A stretch of 64,000 bases of DNA from Candidatus Omnitrophota bacterium (GCA_041651115.1 JBAZJY010000002.1:478855-542854); one strand, 5' to 3'; counted from the first letter of the stretch, positions 32,318 to 41,723 are shown. Notes: generated by a model from the sequence alone, not told the origin. Numbers and translations: made by a program.

Positions 32318-32452
32318 GTTTTTAAAAAGGGGACGTTCGGACATTATCCCATTGACTGTACCAGATTTTAAAGTATGGAGGTTGACGCTTGAAAATTTCC
32401 GCTTCTTGTCCGCAGCGCCGAGAAGAAAAAGCGTAAATTGAGAAGGAGTTGC

Positions 32453-33172
32453 ATGGGAGTTATAACCGGGCCGGAATTTTATATTTCCAAACGCGTGGGT
32501 AAGGCGATCACCGACTACGGGATGACCTCTGACGGCGATAAGGTGGTGGTTGCGGTATCCGGCGGCAAGGATAGCTTGAGCCTGCTGCACGTCTTGAATG
32601 ACCGCCGCAAATTCGTGCCGATAAAATACGAGCTTTTGGCAGTGCATATTGATATGGGTTACCCAAAGCCGATTGCCAGGCAGCTGGCTAAATACCTGGA
32701 AAAAACCGGCATACCTTATCATATTGAAAAATGCGACGCGCTTAAAAAAACCAGGCGTAAAGACATTAATTGCTTTTGGTGCTCCTGGAACCGGAGAAAG
32801 GCATTGTTTGAAACTGCTGCCCGCTTAGGTTTCGGTAAAGTCGCGCTTGGCCATCATATGGATGATATCGTGGAAACAATGCTGCTGAATTTATTTTTTC
32901 ACGGCGAGATCTCGGCAATGTCGCCGAAGCAGGAGCTATTTAAAGGAAAAATCACGCTTATCCGTCCGCTTGCCTACGTGGAAGAATATATGATCGTCAA
33001 ATTCGCTAAAGCCATCAACCTGCCGGATTATCACTGTAAATGCCCCAATTCGGATATTTCTAACCGCGCCAAAATGGGCAGGATCATCGCCGATATGAAA
33101 AAGACCTGCCCTGACGTAAAGAAAAATATTTACCGCAGCCTCCAACGCATTAAAAAGGATTATTTGCTTTAG
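32453..33172 (+). CDS. ttcA: TtcA-family PP-loop ATPase (tRNA 2-thiocytidine synthetase-like)
   Basis: PP-loop SGGKDS plus CxxC motifs (CFWC, CKC); ATG at 32453 with an AAGGAG RBS. Confidence 0.75.
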   Translation: MGVITGPEFYISKRVGKAITDYGMTSDGDKVVVAVSGGKDSLSLLHVLNDRRKFVPIKYELLAVHIDMGYPKPIARQLAKYLEKTGIPYHIEKCDALKKTRRKDINCFWCSWNRRKALFETAARLGFGKVALGHHMDDIVETMLLNLFFHGEISAMSPKQELFKGKITLIRPLAYVEEYMIVKFAKAINLPDYHCKCPNSDISNRAKMGRIIADMKKTCPDVKKNIYRSLQRIKKDYLL

Positions 33173-33202
33173 AAAAGCAGCGCAAAGTGGTATACTAAAA
33201 CT

Positions 33203-34135
33203 ATGGTTTGGCTTATTGGAGCATTGTTTATTATTTTTGCCGCTGCGGTGATCGCGGTGGTGCTGAAGATATCCGGGCAGGTCAATGACCGGCTTAACCA
33301 GATGTCCCGCTCTATCCAGGAATCGGGCAGCGCTATCGGACAGAATTTAGGCAATATCACCGGCATCTTCGGCAACATCAAAGAAAATCTCGGCAGGCTT
33401 GAAGAGACTAACCGTTCGATATACGTGATCGGTAAAGACATCTCCAGCCTGCAGGAACTGTTGCGCGCGCCGAAATTCCGCGGCCAGATGGGAGAGACGA
33501 TGCTGGAAAATCTCCTGTCGCAGGTCCTGCCAAAAGACCATTTTTATATTCAATACCGGTTTAAGTCCTCTGACACTGTGGACGCGGCAATCCGCCTCGG
33601 CGAGCGGCTGGTGCCGGTTGACGCGAAATTCAGCCTTGAAAATTTCCAGAAGATGCAGGAAACGCAGGATGAACAGTTAAAAGCAGCCTGCCGTAAAAAA
33701 TTCATTCAAGACGTAAAAAACCGCTGCGATGAGATCGCCGCAAAATACATCCTGCCGCAGGAAAATACCTATGATTTCGCCTTTATGTACATCCCCGCGG
33801 AAAACGTGTATTATGAGGTGATCATCAAGGAAGACCTGCTTTCATACTTCGTAGCCAAAAAAGTCATCCCGGTTTCTCCGAATACGTTCTATGCCTACCT
33901 GCAGGTGATCTGCCTCGGCCTTAAAGGCCTGAAGATTGAAGAGAACGCCAAGGCAATTTTAAAAAATTTAAGCATGTTGTCCGTTGAGATCGGTAAATTC
34001 CGCGAGGATTTTGACGTCCTCGGCACGCACCTTTCGAATGCCGGCACCAAATATTCCGACAGCCAAAAGAGGCTGGACCGGCTTTCCGACCGCCTTGTTA
34101 ATATCCAGGACAACAAGGCAATAGAAGAAAAGTGA
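33203..34135 (+). CDS. rmuC: DNA recombination protein RmuC (short form)
   Basis: N-terminal TM helix, coiled-coil region and RmuC domain (FAFMYIPAENVYYEV...VIPVSPNTFYAYLQ). Confidence 0.8.
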   Translation: MVWLIGALFIIFAAAVIAVVLKISGQVNDRLNQMSRSIQESGSAIGQNLGNITGIFGNIKENLGRLEETNRSIYVIGKDISSLQELLRAPKFRGQMGETMLENLLSQVLPKDHFYIQYRFKSSDTVDAAIRLGERLVPVDAKFSLENFQKMQETQDEQLKAACRKKFIQDVKNRCDEIAAKYILPQENTYDFAFMYIPAENVYYEVIIKEDLLSYFVAKKVIPVSPNTFYAYLQVICLGLKGLKIEENAKAILKNLSMLSVEIGKFREDFDVLGTHLSNAGTKYSDSQKRLDRLSDRLVNIQDNKAIEEK

Positions 34136-34842
34136 TATTTAGAGAGCCCGGATTGATCGCTGCTTCAAGCCGCAAGCCGGACAATATGTCCCTTAATTAC
34201 GGCTTGATCAAAGAGGCATTGGATAACCGCAGGCGTTTCCTCGATGGCTTGAATATAGATTTCCGCCGGCTTGTCTGCGCTAAACAAACCCATTCGGCAA
34301 ACATCAGAGTGGCAACCGAGAAAGATGCGGGCAGCGGCGCGCTTTCTTACGAAAAGGCGATTGCCGATACGGACGCGTTTATCACCCGCTGCAGCAACCT
34401 GCCGCTGGCTGTTTTTACTGCCGACTGCCTGCCGGTTTTTTTATATGATCCGCTGAAGCGTAGCATCGGTATTGTGCACGCAGGCTGGAAAGGCACGCAT
34501 CAGGAGATCGCCTCCAAGGCCGTGGCATTAATGGCCAAGGAATTCGGCAGCGCACCCGAGGATATTCTTGCCGGCCTTGGACCGTCGATACGGCAATGCA
34601 GTTATGAGGTTGGCGGGGAATTCAGAGATTATTTTACTTACGGTTTAAAAGAAGCAGGCGGCAAATATTTTTTGGATCTGGCAGGTATCAATAAAAAACA
34701 ACTATCGGATTCAGGCCTAAGGCAGGAAAACATCAGCGATCCCGGCCAGTGCACGTTCTGCAAAAGTTCAGAATTTTTTTCTTTTCGCCGGGAAGCCGCA
34801 GCTTGCGGCAGGATGATGTCGGTAATCATGATCACTGGTTAA
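34132..34842 (+). CDS. pgeF: YfiH/PgeF laccase-domain purine nucleoside phosphorylase
   Basis: DUF152 motifs QTHSANI, FTADCLPVFLYD and HAGWKGT. Confidence 0.85.
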   Translation: MIFREPGLIAASSRKPDNMSLNYGLIKEALDNRRRFLDGLNIDFRRLVCAKQTHSANIRVATEKDAGSGALSYEKAIADTDAFITRCSNLPLAVFTADCLPVFLYDPLKRSIGIVHAGWKGTHQEIASKAVALMAKEFGSAPEDILAGLGPSIRQCSYEVGGEFRDYFTYGLKEAGGKYFLDLAGINKKQLSDSGLRQENISDPGQCTFCKSSEFFSFRREAAACGRMMSVIMITG

Positions 34843-34844
34843 CC

Positions 34845-35072
34845 ATGATGCAAAAATACAGCCTTGAGTTTATATTAAATATAGGCAGCGCTACGGAAGA
34901 GGAAATACGGGGCGCGCTGGCAGGGTTAGGCGAGAACCTGGCGATCGCCGCTAACCAGGATAGTCCTTCTGAAAGGCGCGACCTGAAAGTATCCATCTAT
35001 ACCGATGACCCGGCTCTGGTATTTGATACCTGTTCGCAATTTGGCAAATTAAAGTCGGTAAAAATCGATTAG
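34845..35072 (+). CDS. small hypothetical protein (75 aa)
   Basis: ATG immediately after the pgeF stop; conserved-looking, acidic, non-repetitive sequence; no family recognised. Confidence 0.4.
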   Translation: MMQKYSLEFILNIGSATEEEIRGALAGLGENLAIAANQDSPSERRDLKVSIYTDDPALVFDTCSQFGKLKSVKID

Positions 35073-35128
35073 CATCGCCTTGAATACCGGGTTTATCCGT
35101 GATATTATAATGCTCGGGAGGATTTAGA

Positions 35129-35449
35129 ATGCATATTGTTGTTTTTGTCACCGCCGCCAATACGCAAGAGGCGCGCAAAATTGCCGATAAGCTCATTCAG
35201 GATAAGCTTGCCGCCTGCGTCAACATTGTTGATAACGTAAGATCGTTATTTTGGTGGGAAGGCAAGCCCGATTCAGCGCAGGAAGCGCTGCTGATCGTAA
35301 AATCAGCCAAATCAAAGTTTCCCAGGATCGTAGATGCGGTTAAGTCCGTGCATAGTTATGAGGTGCCGGAGATTATCGCCTTGCCGATAATTTCCGGAGA
35401 AAAAAAATACTTAAGGTGGATAGATGATTCTCTCAGGCGGCCCGGTTGA
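35129..35449 (+). CDS. cutA: divalent cation tolerance protein CutA
   Basis: CutA1 fold signature (VVFVTAANTQEARKIA...LAACVNI...SLFWWEGK). Confidence 0.85.
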   Translation: MHIVVFVTAANTQEARKIADKLIQDKLAACVNIVDNVRSLFWWEGKPDSAQEALLIVKSAKSKFPRIVDAVKSVHSYEVPEIIALPIISGEKKYLRWIDDSLRRPG

Positions 35450-36092
35450 TTATCTGGCGGCATTCTTAGGAGGGGTGCTTCTTAGCTTTACTCCCTGCGT
35501 ATATCCGCTTATTCCCATAAGCGTAAGTTACATCGGCTTAAACGCCGCTCATTCCCGGTTAAAGGGTTTTCTTTTAAGCGTTGCTTATGTCACGGGCATT
35601 GCCGTCACATACTCTATCCTTGGCCTGATCGCTTCTTTGACCGGACAGCTGTTCGGCCGCATCAGCTCGCATCCGGTTACCTATATCGTTGCCGGACTGG
35701 TGATCGTTTTTTTCGGCATATCCATGTTTGATGTGTTCAACATTTCGCTTACCAACTTAATCAGGCTTCCTAAATATAAGAAACAGGATTATCTTTCAAC
35801 GTTTGTGCTGGGCCTGATTTCAGGGCTGGTGATCGGGCCTTGCGTTACCCCGGCATTAGGAGCCATACTTACGTACCTGGCAACGAAGAAAAATATAGTT
35901 TACGGAATGCTGCTTTTGTTCAGCTTTGCTTATGGCATGGGCCTGGTTTTGATCTTAGCCGGTACGTTCACCGGGTTATTGGCAGGCCTGCCGAAGTCCG
36001 GCCGCTGGATGGTATATGCAAAACGCGTTGGCGCGGCAATTGTTTTGGCAGTCGGAGTTTATTTTATCTATACCGGAATACGGAGGCTATAA
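35424..36092 (+). CDS. ccdA: cytochrome c-type biogenesis/thiol-disulfide transporter CcdA (DsbD-like)
   Basis: SFTPCVYPLIP and a second GPCVTP cysteine motif in TM helices. Confidence 0.88.
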   Translation: MILSGGPVDYLAAFLGGVLLSFTPCVYPLIPISVSYIGLNAAHSRLKGFLLSVAYVTGIAVTYSILGLIASLTGQLFGRISSHPVTYIVAGLVIVFFGISMFDVFNISLTNLIRLPKYKKQDYLSTFVLGLISGLVIGPCVTPALGAILTYLATKKNIVYGMLLLFSFAYGMGLVLILAGTFTGLLAGLPKSGRWMVYAKRVGAAIVLAVGVYFIYTGIRRL

Positions 36093-36094
36093 AA

Positions 36095-36574
36095 ATGAAA
36101 AAGATGATTGCGGTCTTAGTTGTGTTGTCAGCGCTTTTATTATCGCCGGTTTCCGGCGCCTGGGCCGAGGCAGCGATGTCCATTGCCCCGGATTTTACGC
36201 TTAAAGATACAGCGGGCAATACAATAAATCTTGCCGCCCACAGGAATAACCAGCCGGCGATCTTGTTTTTCTGGACTACCTGGTGCCCGTTTTGCCGCGA
36301 TGCGTTAAAGGAACTGAACAGTCAATATGCTGACCTGACAAAGGCCGGCTGGAAGGTTGTGCCGGTTGATGTAGGCGAATCATTTTTAAAAGTAACGGAT
36401 TTCCTTAAATCCAACCCGCTTAGCTTTAATGTCCTTTTGGATGATGAAGCAATGGTTTCCCGCAGCTACGAAGTTGTGGGTATTCCTACATATGTCCTGA
36501 TCAATAAAGAAGGCGTAATAGTTTTCCGGGACAATTATCTTCCCGAAGGTTACGCAAAATTGCTCGCCGGATAA
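36095..36574 (+). CDS. TlpA/ResA-like periplasmic thioredoxin
   Basis: Signal peptide and WCPFC thioredoxin active site; start at the ATG at 36095 (MKKMIAV), not the long upstream ORF-track extension. Confidence 0.85.
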   Translation: MKKMIAVLVVLSALLLSPVSGAWAEAAMSIAPDFTLKDTAGNTINLAAHRNNQPAILFFWTTWCPFCRDALKELNSQYADLTKAGWKVVPVDVGESFLKVTDFLKSNPLSFNVLLDDEAMVSRSYEVVGIPTYVLINKEGVIVFRDNYLPEGYAKLLAG

Positions 36575-37219
36575 TTGCAAGCGGCTAAAAATATGGATAA
36601 ACGGATAGGTCCGCTCCTGGAAAACTGGAAAAAGCGCAATATTGAAGGGCTATATTGCCCTGAGCGCAATAATGCGCGGGAAAAGGTCGTCAGCATGATC
36701 CCGCGCAATGCCAGCGTCGGGATTTCAGGGTCCCAGACGCTTGAGGCGCTGGGTATAGTCCCTGCGCTTGAGTCAGCAGGCATAAAGGTCTTTAATCAAT
36801 ATAGGCCGGGTATCAGCCGGGGCGAGAGCCTGGAGATGAGAAAACAGGGGAGTGTTGCTGATTATTACCTTGTCAGCCCAAATGCCATATCTGAATCCGG
36901 AGAACTGGTTTTTTTTAGCGCATATGCCAATCGCACTTGTGGTGTTGCCGGAGCTGCCAACGTGATCGTTGTCAGCGGCATCAATAAGATCTGCCCGGAC
37001 CTTGCCCTGGCCCTGAAGCGGGCAAGGCAGTACGCCACGCCGCTTAATTGCAAGCGCCTTAATTGGAATACGCCCTGTTTTAAAGACGGCATCTGCCGCG
37101 AAGATATATGTCTTTTCCCGGAATATAAACGGATGTGCTGCCAGGTTCTTATTATTGAGGCAGAAGTAACTGCGGGCAGGATGAAGGTGCTGTTGGTGGG
37201 AGAGAGTTTAGGGTTTTAA
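36575..37219 (+). CDS. LUD-domain (LutC/YkgG-like, DUF162) protein
   Basis: LUD domain pattern with a C-terminal cysteine cluster. Confidence 0.6.
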   Translation: MQAAKNMDKRIGPLLENWKKRNIEGLYCPERNNAREKVVSMIPRNASVGISGSQTLEALGIVPALESAGIKVFNQYRPGISRGESLEMRKQGSVADYYLVSPNAISESGELVFFSAYANRTCGVAGAANVIVVSGINKICPDLALALKRARQYATPLNCKRLNWNTPCFKDGICREDICLFPEYKRMCCQVLIIEAEVTAGRMKVLLVGESLGF

Positions 37220-37220
37220 A

Positions 37221-37679
37221 ATGAAAGAGATAAGCGAGATACTTAAGGGCAGGGAATTCCTTGATATTGCTACATGCGATTTTAACGGAAAACCAAATGT
37301 CGCCCCGAAATTCCTTTTGAAATTCAATAAAAAATTCATTTACCTGGTTGACCATGTTATGGGCGCCAGTTTCCGCAATCTTAAAGCCAACCCGCAGGTT
37401 TCCATATCGGTTATGGATATTGATACTCTTACCGGTTATCAGCTTAACGGTTCGGTTGAGATAGTGACCGAAGGCCTGGAATATGAAGAAATACTTCAGG
37501 AATTGGCGGATAAGAAGATAAAATTGTCCGTAGAGCGGATAATTGAAGCAGTGGGAAAAAACAAAAAGCACGCATGTTATGAATTGATGCTGCCGGATAA
37601 GTTTGCCGTATTTAAGGTAATGATTGAAGAGGCGGTAGAGATAAATTTAAGCGGTAAATTGAACCGGGAAAAATTATAA
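37221..37679 (+). CDS. pyridoxamine 5'-phosphate oxidase-like FMN-binding protein
   Basis: PNPOx-like split-barrel N-terminal pattern. Confidence 0.6.
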   Translation: MKEISEILKGREFLDIATCDFNGKPNVAPKFLLKFNKKFIYLVDHVMGASFRNLKANPQVSISVMDIDTLTGYQLNGSVEIVTEGLEYEEILQELADKKIKLSVERIIEAVGKNKKHACYELMLPDKFAVFKVMIEEAVEINLSGKLNREKL

Positions 37680-37689
37680 GCGAGAATAA

Positions 37690-38727
37690 ATGAAAGAATT
37701 TAATGGTTTTGCTACGGGTATAGGCAGCCTTCCGCATAAAGACGCAGATCAAGCGCTGGATATAGTCTTCCAATATTGCCCGGCTATCCCGTTTTGGCCG
37801 CAGCTGCCCAGGCGCAGCAGCCGGGAGGGCATGGTCGCCCAATTCAGCGAAAAGCTGCCCTGCCTTGAGTTTACTTCCGAAGGCATTATTTTTAATTCCC
37901 GCGACCGCGATAGGGAATTGGAGTTCTTTTATGACCGGGTGATCGCAGGAGACGCAGATTATTTTAAGATCAGCCCTGATTTTGCCGCAGGGCTATATGG
38001 GTTTTGCCGCAGGCTGGAGGGATTGTCTCCCGAGGCCCTGCGCAGCATCGTTGCGCTCAAGTGCCACATTACCGGGCCGTTTACCTTTGCCGCCAGTTTA
38101 AACAACGATGAAAATATCTCTCTTATCCATGATGAGGTTTTTATGCAGGTGATCTTAAAAGGCCTGGCAATGAAAGCGCTCTGGCAATTAAGATTGTTTA
38201 AGAAATTCGGCAAAGAACAGATCATTTTTATCGACGAGCCTTATCTGGCGGGTTTTGGTTCGGCTTTTACGCCGGTAAACAAGCAAACCGTGGAAAGCAT
38301 CCTGGCAGAGCTGACATCGGCAATAAAAGCCGAGGGAGCGTTGGTGGGTGTGCATTGCTGCGGAAATACCGATTGGCCGATATTCCTTGATTCTCCGGCA
38401 ATAGATATCATAAACTTCGACGCATTCTCGTTTTTTGAGCGATTGGCGCTTTACGCGGATAACCTTAAAGCGTTTTTTAAAAGGGGGGGCAGCCTTTGTT
38501 GGGGGATTGTCCCGACTACTGAATTCAAAGGCAGCGAAACTCCGGAATCGCTTGCTGCGCTGGTCAATTCCGGCATTAATACTTTGGCAAAGAAGGGTAT
38601 TGACCGGGATTTGCTGGCAAAAAACCTCCTAATTAGCCCCAGTTGCGGCCTGGGCACGCTTGACCCGGCTAAAGCAGAGCAGATTTTTCAGGTCCTTTCC
38701 AAAACTTCCGCTTTTTTGCGTAGATAA
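37690..38727 (+). CDS. MetE C-terminal-domain-like (UroD/MetE superfamily) methyltransferase, standalone core-MetE type
   Basis: 345 aa with MetE C-terminal/UroD-like TIM barrel features, including histidine/cysteine metal-site residues (VHCCGN; PSCGLG). Confidence 0.55.
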   Translation: MKEFNGFATGIGSLPHKDADQALDIVFQYCPAIPFWPQLPRRSSREGMVAQFSEKLPCLEFTSEGIIFNSRDRDRELEFFYDRVIAGDADYFKISPDFAAGLYGFCRRLEGLSPEALRSIVALKCHITGPFTFAASLNNDENISLIHDEVFMQVILKGLAMKALWQLRLFKKFGKEQIIFIDEPYLAGFGSAFTPVNKQTVESILAELTSAIKAEGALVGVHCCGNTDWPIFLDSPAIDIINFDAFSFFERLALYADNLKAFFKRGGSLCWGIVPTTEFKGSETPESLAALVNSGINTLAKKGIDRDLLAKNLLISPSCGLGTLDPAKAEQIFQVLSKTSAFLRR

Positions 38728-38733
38728 AACTAT

Positions 38734-38762
38734 TTGACAAAATAAGACAAAAGTCGTAATAT
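38734..38762 (+). promoter_or_regulatory. sigma70-type promoter of the por operon
   Basis: TTGACA at 38734-38739, a 17-nt spacer, then TAATAT at 38757-38762, ending 36 nt before the porG ATG. Confidence 0.65.
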
Positions 38763-38798
38763 AGGTATTCACTTTGTCTTAAAGGAGGAATATCATAA

Positions 38799-39344
38799 AT
38801 GAAAGAGATCCGTATTCACGCCCGCGCAGGGCAGGGCGCTATCACAACGGCGTCTTTGTTGGGGTATGCTTATTTTTCAAAAGGGATGTATCCCTATGCT
38901 TTCCCGCATTTTGGGGCAGCCCGCATGGGAGCGCCGATGAACGCTTTTGTGCGCGTGGATGCAAAACCCGTGCGTTTGCGCAGCCAGATCTATGAGCCTG
39001 ATTATGTCCTCATTATGGATGCTACGCTGCTGCGCGGCTTTAACTGTTTTTCCGGCTTAAAAGAAGACGGTATTGCCATAATTAACGAGAAAGAAGTCCC
39101 GGACATGCCAAAGCTTAAGGCAAAGCAAAAGGCATTTATCGTGCCGGCAAATGAGATCGCGATGAAAACGATCGGCAGGCCGCTGGGCAATACTGCTTTA
39201 TTGGGCGCTTTTTGCGCGGCAACTAATGAGTTAGAATTGAATTCTTTGTTTGAGGCGATAAAAAAGAGATTTTCCGGCAAGGCGCAGGAGGCAAACATTG
39301 CCGCGGCCAAGCAGGGCTTTGAATTCATTAAGAACCTAAAATAA
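38799..39344 (+). CDS. porG: pyruvate/2-oxoacid:ferredoxin oxidoreductase gamma subunit
   Basis: HARAGQGAITTAS motif of POR gamma. Confidence 0.88.
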   Translation: MKEIRIHARAGQGAITTASLLGYAYFSKGMYPYAFPHFGAARMGAPMNAFVRVDAKPVRLRSQIYEPDYVLIMDATLLRGFNCFSGLKEDGIAIINEKEVPDMPKLKAKQKAFIVPANEIAMKTIGRPLGNTALLGAFCAATNELELNSLFEAIKKRFSGKAQEANIAAAKQGFEFIKNLK

Positions 39345-39362
39345 TATAATACAGGAGACGAT

Positions 39363-39635
39363 ATGTACGGTCCATTAACTTCAAAGCCGGGAACAAGCAA
39401 AAGGAATAAAACCGGTTCCTGGCGTACTGCCACAAGGCCAAAATTCCTGCAGCAGAATTGTATCGGCTGTAAATTGTGCCTTTTGGCCTGCCCGGAAGGC
39501 TGTATTTCCGGAAAAGAAAAGAATACTTTTACCTGCGATTACGCTTATTGCAAAGGTTGCGGCATTTGCGCGATGATCTGCCCAAAAAAAGACGTCGCCA
39601 TGATTAAAGAAGAATCCGCTCAAAATAATAAATAA
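39363..39635 (+). CDS. porD: POR delta subunit (2x[4Fe-4S] ferredoxin)
   Basis: Two Cx2Cx2Cx3CP motifs. Confidence 0.88.
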   Translation: MYGPLTSKPGTSKRNKTGSWRTATRPKFLQQNCIGCKLCLLACPEGCISGKEKNTFTCDYAYCKGCGICAMICPKKDVAMIKEESAQNNK

Positions 39636-39647
39636 GAAAGGTTGGAT

Positions 39648-40829
39648 ATGAAAGAGTTCTTAGAAGGTTCTCTGGCAATTGCAGATATTGTAAAAATGTG
39701 CAAACCCGGGGTTATTTCAGCCTATCCGATTACTCCCCAGACGCACATTGTTGAAGAATTGGCAACTATGGTTTCCGAAGGCAAGCTTAATTCCCAGTTT
39801 GTTAACGTGGAGTCCGAGCATTCGGCAGCGTCGGTAGTGTTGGGCGGTGTAGCCACGGGCGTAAGGGTTTATACTGCTACCAGCTCGCAAGGGCTTTTAT
39901 ACATGGCGGAAGTGCTTTTTAATATCGCCGGGATGCGGCTGCCGGTAGTAATGACTTGCGCCAACCGGGCGATCTCCGCTCCGATAAATATCTGGAATGA
40001 CCAGCAGGATTCCGTGTCTATGCGCGATACCGGATGGGTGCAGTTATTTGCCGAAGATATCCAGGAAGCGGCTGATTTTCACCTGCTTGCCTACAAATTG
40101 GCGGAAGATAAATCAATCATGCTCCCGGTAATGGTCTGTATGGACGGTTTTATCCTTACGCACGGCATTGAGACCGTGGACATGCCTACCCAGGAACAGG
40201 TGGATAAATACCTGCCGGCATATAAGCCGTTATATAAACTTGATCCGGCAGACCCGATATCAATGGGTCTGCTTGCCGATCCCGATTATTATATGGAGAC
40301 CCGCTACGCGCTTCAGGAAACACATAAAAAAGCGTTAGACCTCTTGCCCAGACTCACTGCTGATTTTGCCAAGGTCTTTGGCCGCAATTACAACGGCCTA
40401 GTTGAAGGATATCAAATTGAAGACGCGGAGCGCGTGATCGTGGCAATGGGCTCTGTCTGCGGCACGGTCAAGGAAGTAGTTGACGAATTAAGGGCAAAAG
40501 GCAAAAAAGTAGGCCTGTTAAAGATCACTTCTTACCGGCCTTTCCCGATACAGGCAATCTATGAGGCATTAAAAAATACGCCTAAAGTCGCGGTGCTGGA
40601 CAGGGCGGTGTCATTAGGGTCATTTGCGCCGCTGTGTTCCGAAGTGAAGGCGGTATTCTGCAATAAAGCTAAAAAGCCTAATGTAATATCCAGTTTTATC
40701 GTCGGCCTTGGCGGCCGCGACATTACCAAGGATTCTATAAAAGAGATTTTCCGGATGCTTACGGCAAAGGAATTGGCCGGAGAATTCATTGATCTTAAAC
40801 CTGAGCTTTTAAAGGAGAGTTATGAATAA
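39648..40829 (+). CDS. porA: POR alpha subunit
   Basis: POR alpha family sequence; ATG at 39648 (the ORF track used a TTG at 39642). Confidence 0.9.
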   Translation: MKEFLEGSLAIADIVKMCKPGVISAYPITPQTHIVEELATMVSEGKLNSQFVNVESEHSAASVVLGGVATGVRVYTATSSQGLLYMAEVLFNIAGMRLPVVMTCANRAISAPINIWNDQQDSVSMRDTGWVQLFAEDIQEAADFHLLAYKLAEDKSIMLPVMVCMDGFILTHGIETVDMPTQEQVDKYLPAYKPLYKLDPADPISMGLLADPDYYMETRYALQETHKKALDLLPRLTADFAKVFGRNYNGLVEGYQIEDAERVIVAMGSVCGTVKEVVDELRAKGKKVGLLKITSYRPFPIQAIYEALKNTPKVAVLDRAVSLGSFAPLCSEVKAVFCNKAKKPNVISSFIVGLGGRDITKDSIKEIFRMLTAKELAGEFIDLKPELLKESYE

Positions 40830-41706
40830 CCATCTTTTTTCACCCGGACATACTGCCTGTGCAGGTTGCGGCCAGTCTCTGGCAGCGCGGATGGTCATTG
40901 ATGCCAGCGGCCCCAATACGATTGTAGTCAACAATACCGGATGCCTGGAAGTTTTTTCCACAAAATACCCGGAGACCGCATGGGAAATCCCCTGGATCCA
41001 TTCGTTATTTGAGAATGGCGCTGCAGTGGCATCGGGCGTAGAAGCCGCGCTAAAGTATTTAGGCAAAAAAGAAGGCGTAAACGTCATTGCGCAAGGCGGA
41101 GACGGAAGCACCGCGGATATCGGCTTACAGGCATTGTCCGGCATGCTTGAACGCGGCCACGATATTTTATATGTTTGTTACGATAACGAAGCGTATATGA
41201 ATACCGGCGTGCAGAGAAGCGGCTTAACTCCTTTTGATACCAATACGACTACCAGCCCTGCTACAGGCATTTCTTCGGGCAACCTCAGGCCCAAGAAACC
41301 CATGCCTGAGATCGCCAATGCCCACGGTATTGCTTATGTGGCTACTGCTTCGGCAGGCATGCCCCAAGATATCCAGAGAAAAGTTAAAAAAGCAATGAGC
41401 ATCAAAGGCCCTAAATATATGCAAATCCATGTACCTTGCCCCTTAGGTTGGCGTCATGGCCCGGAACTTACTTTTGAAGTTGCTAAACTTGCAGTGGACA
41501 CCGGGCTTTATCCCCTGATTGAGTATGAAAACGGAAAATTAATTGCCGTGCGCCAGATACAACCTAAGCCTGTGGAAGAATACCTTAAGGCTCAGGGCAG
41601 GTTTAAACATCTGTTGAATAACCCCGAAGAAGTCAGGAAAATCCAGGCGATCGCAGATGCTAATATAGAGAAGTATGGCCTTAAAATGAAACCCGTAAGC
41701 AGCTAA
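40822..41706 (+). CDS. porB: POR beta subunit (TPP-binding)
   Basis: GHTACAGCGQ Fe-S site and GDGS TPP-binding motif. Confidence 0.9.
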   Translation: MNNHLFSPGHTACAGCGQSLAARMVIDASGPNTIVVNNTGCLEVFSTKYPETAWEIPWIHSLFENGAAVASGVEAALKYLGKKEGVNVIAQGGDGSTADIGLQALSGMLERGHDILYVCYDNEAYMNTGVQRSGLTPFDTNTTTSPATGISSGNLRPKKPMPEIANAHGIAYVATASAGMPQDIQRKVKKAMSIKGPKYMQIHVPCPLGWRHGPELTFEVAKLAVDTGLYPLIEYENGKLIAVRQIQPKPVEEYLKAQGRFKHLLNNPEEVRKIQAIADANIEKYGLKMKPVSS

Positions 41707-41723
41707 AGTAAGGGAGGTGGGTT

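Noticed and set aside
32168-32722. 184-aa minus-strand ORF spanning the TonB-receptor terminator and the 5' half of ttcA
   Set aside because: It overlaps a terminator hairpin and a conserved PP-loop gene on the opposite strand and is not credible.
35840-36094. Upstream 85-codon extension of the thioredoxin ORF (the ORF track starts it at 35840)
   Set aside because: The extension lies inside ccdA in another frame. The true start is the ATG at 36095 (MKKMIAV), which gives a signal peptide.
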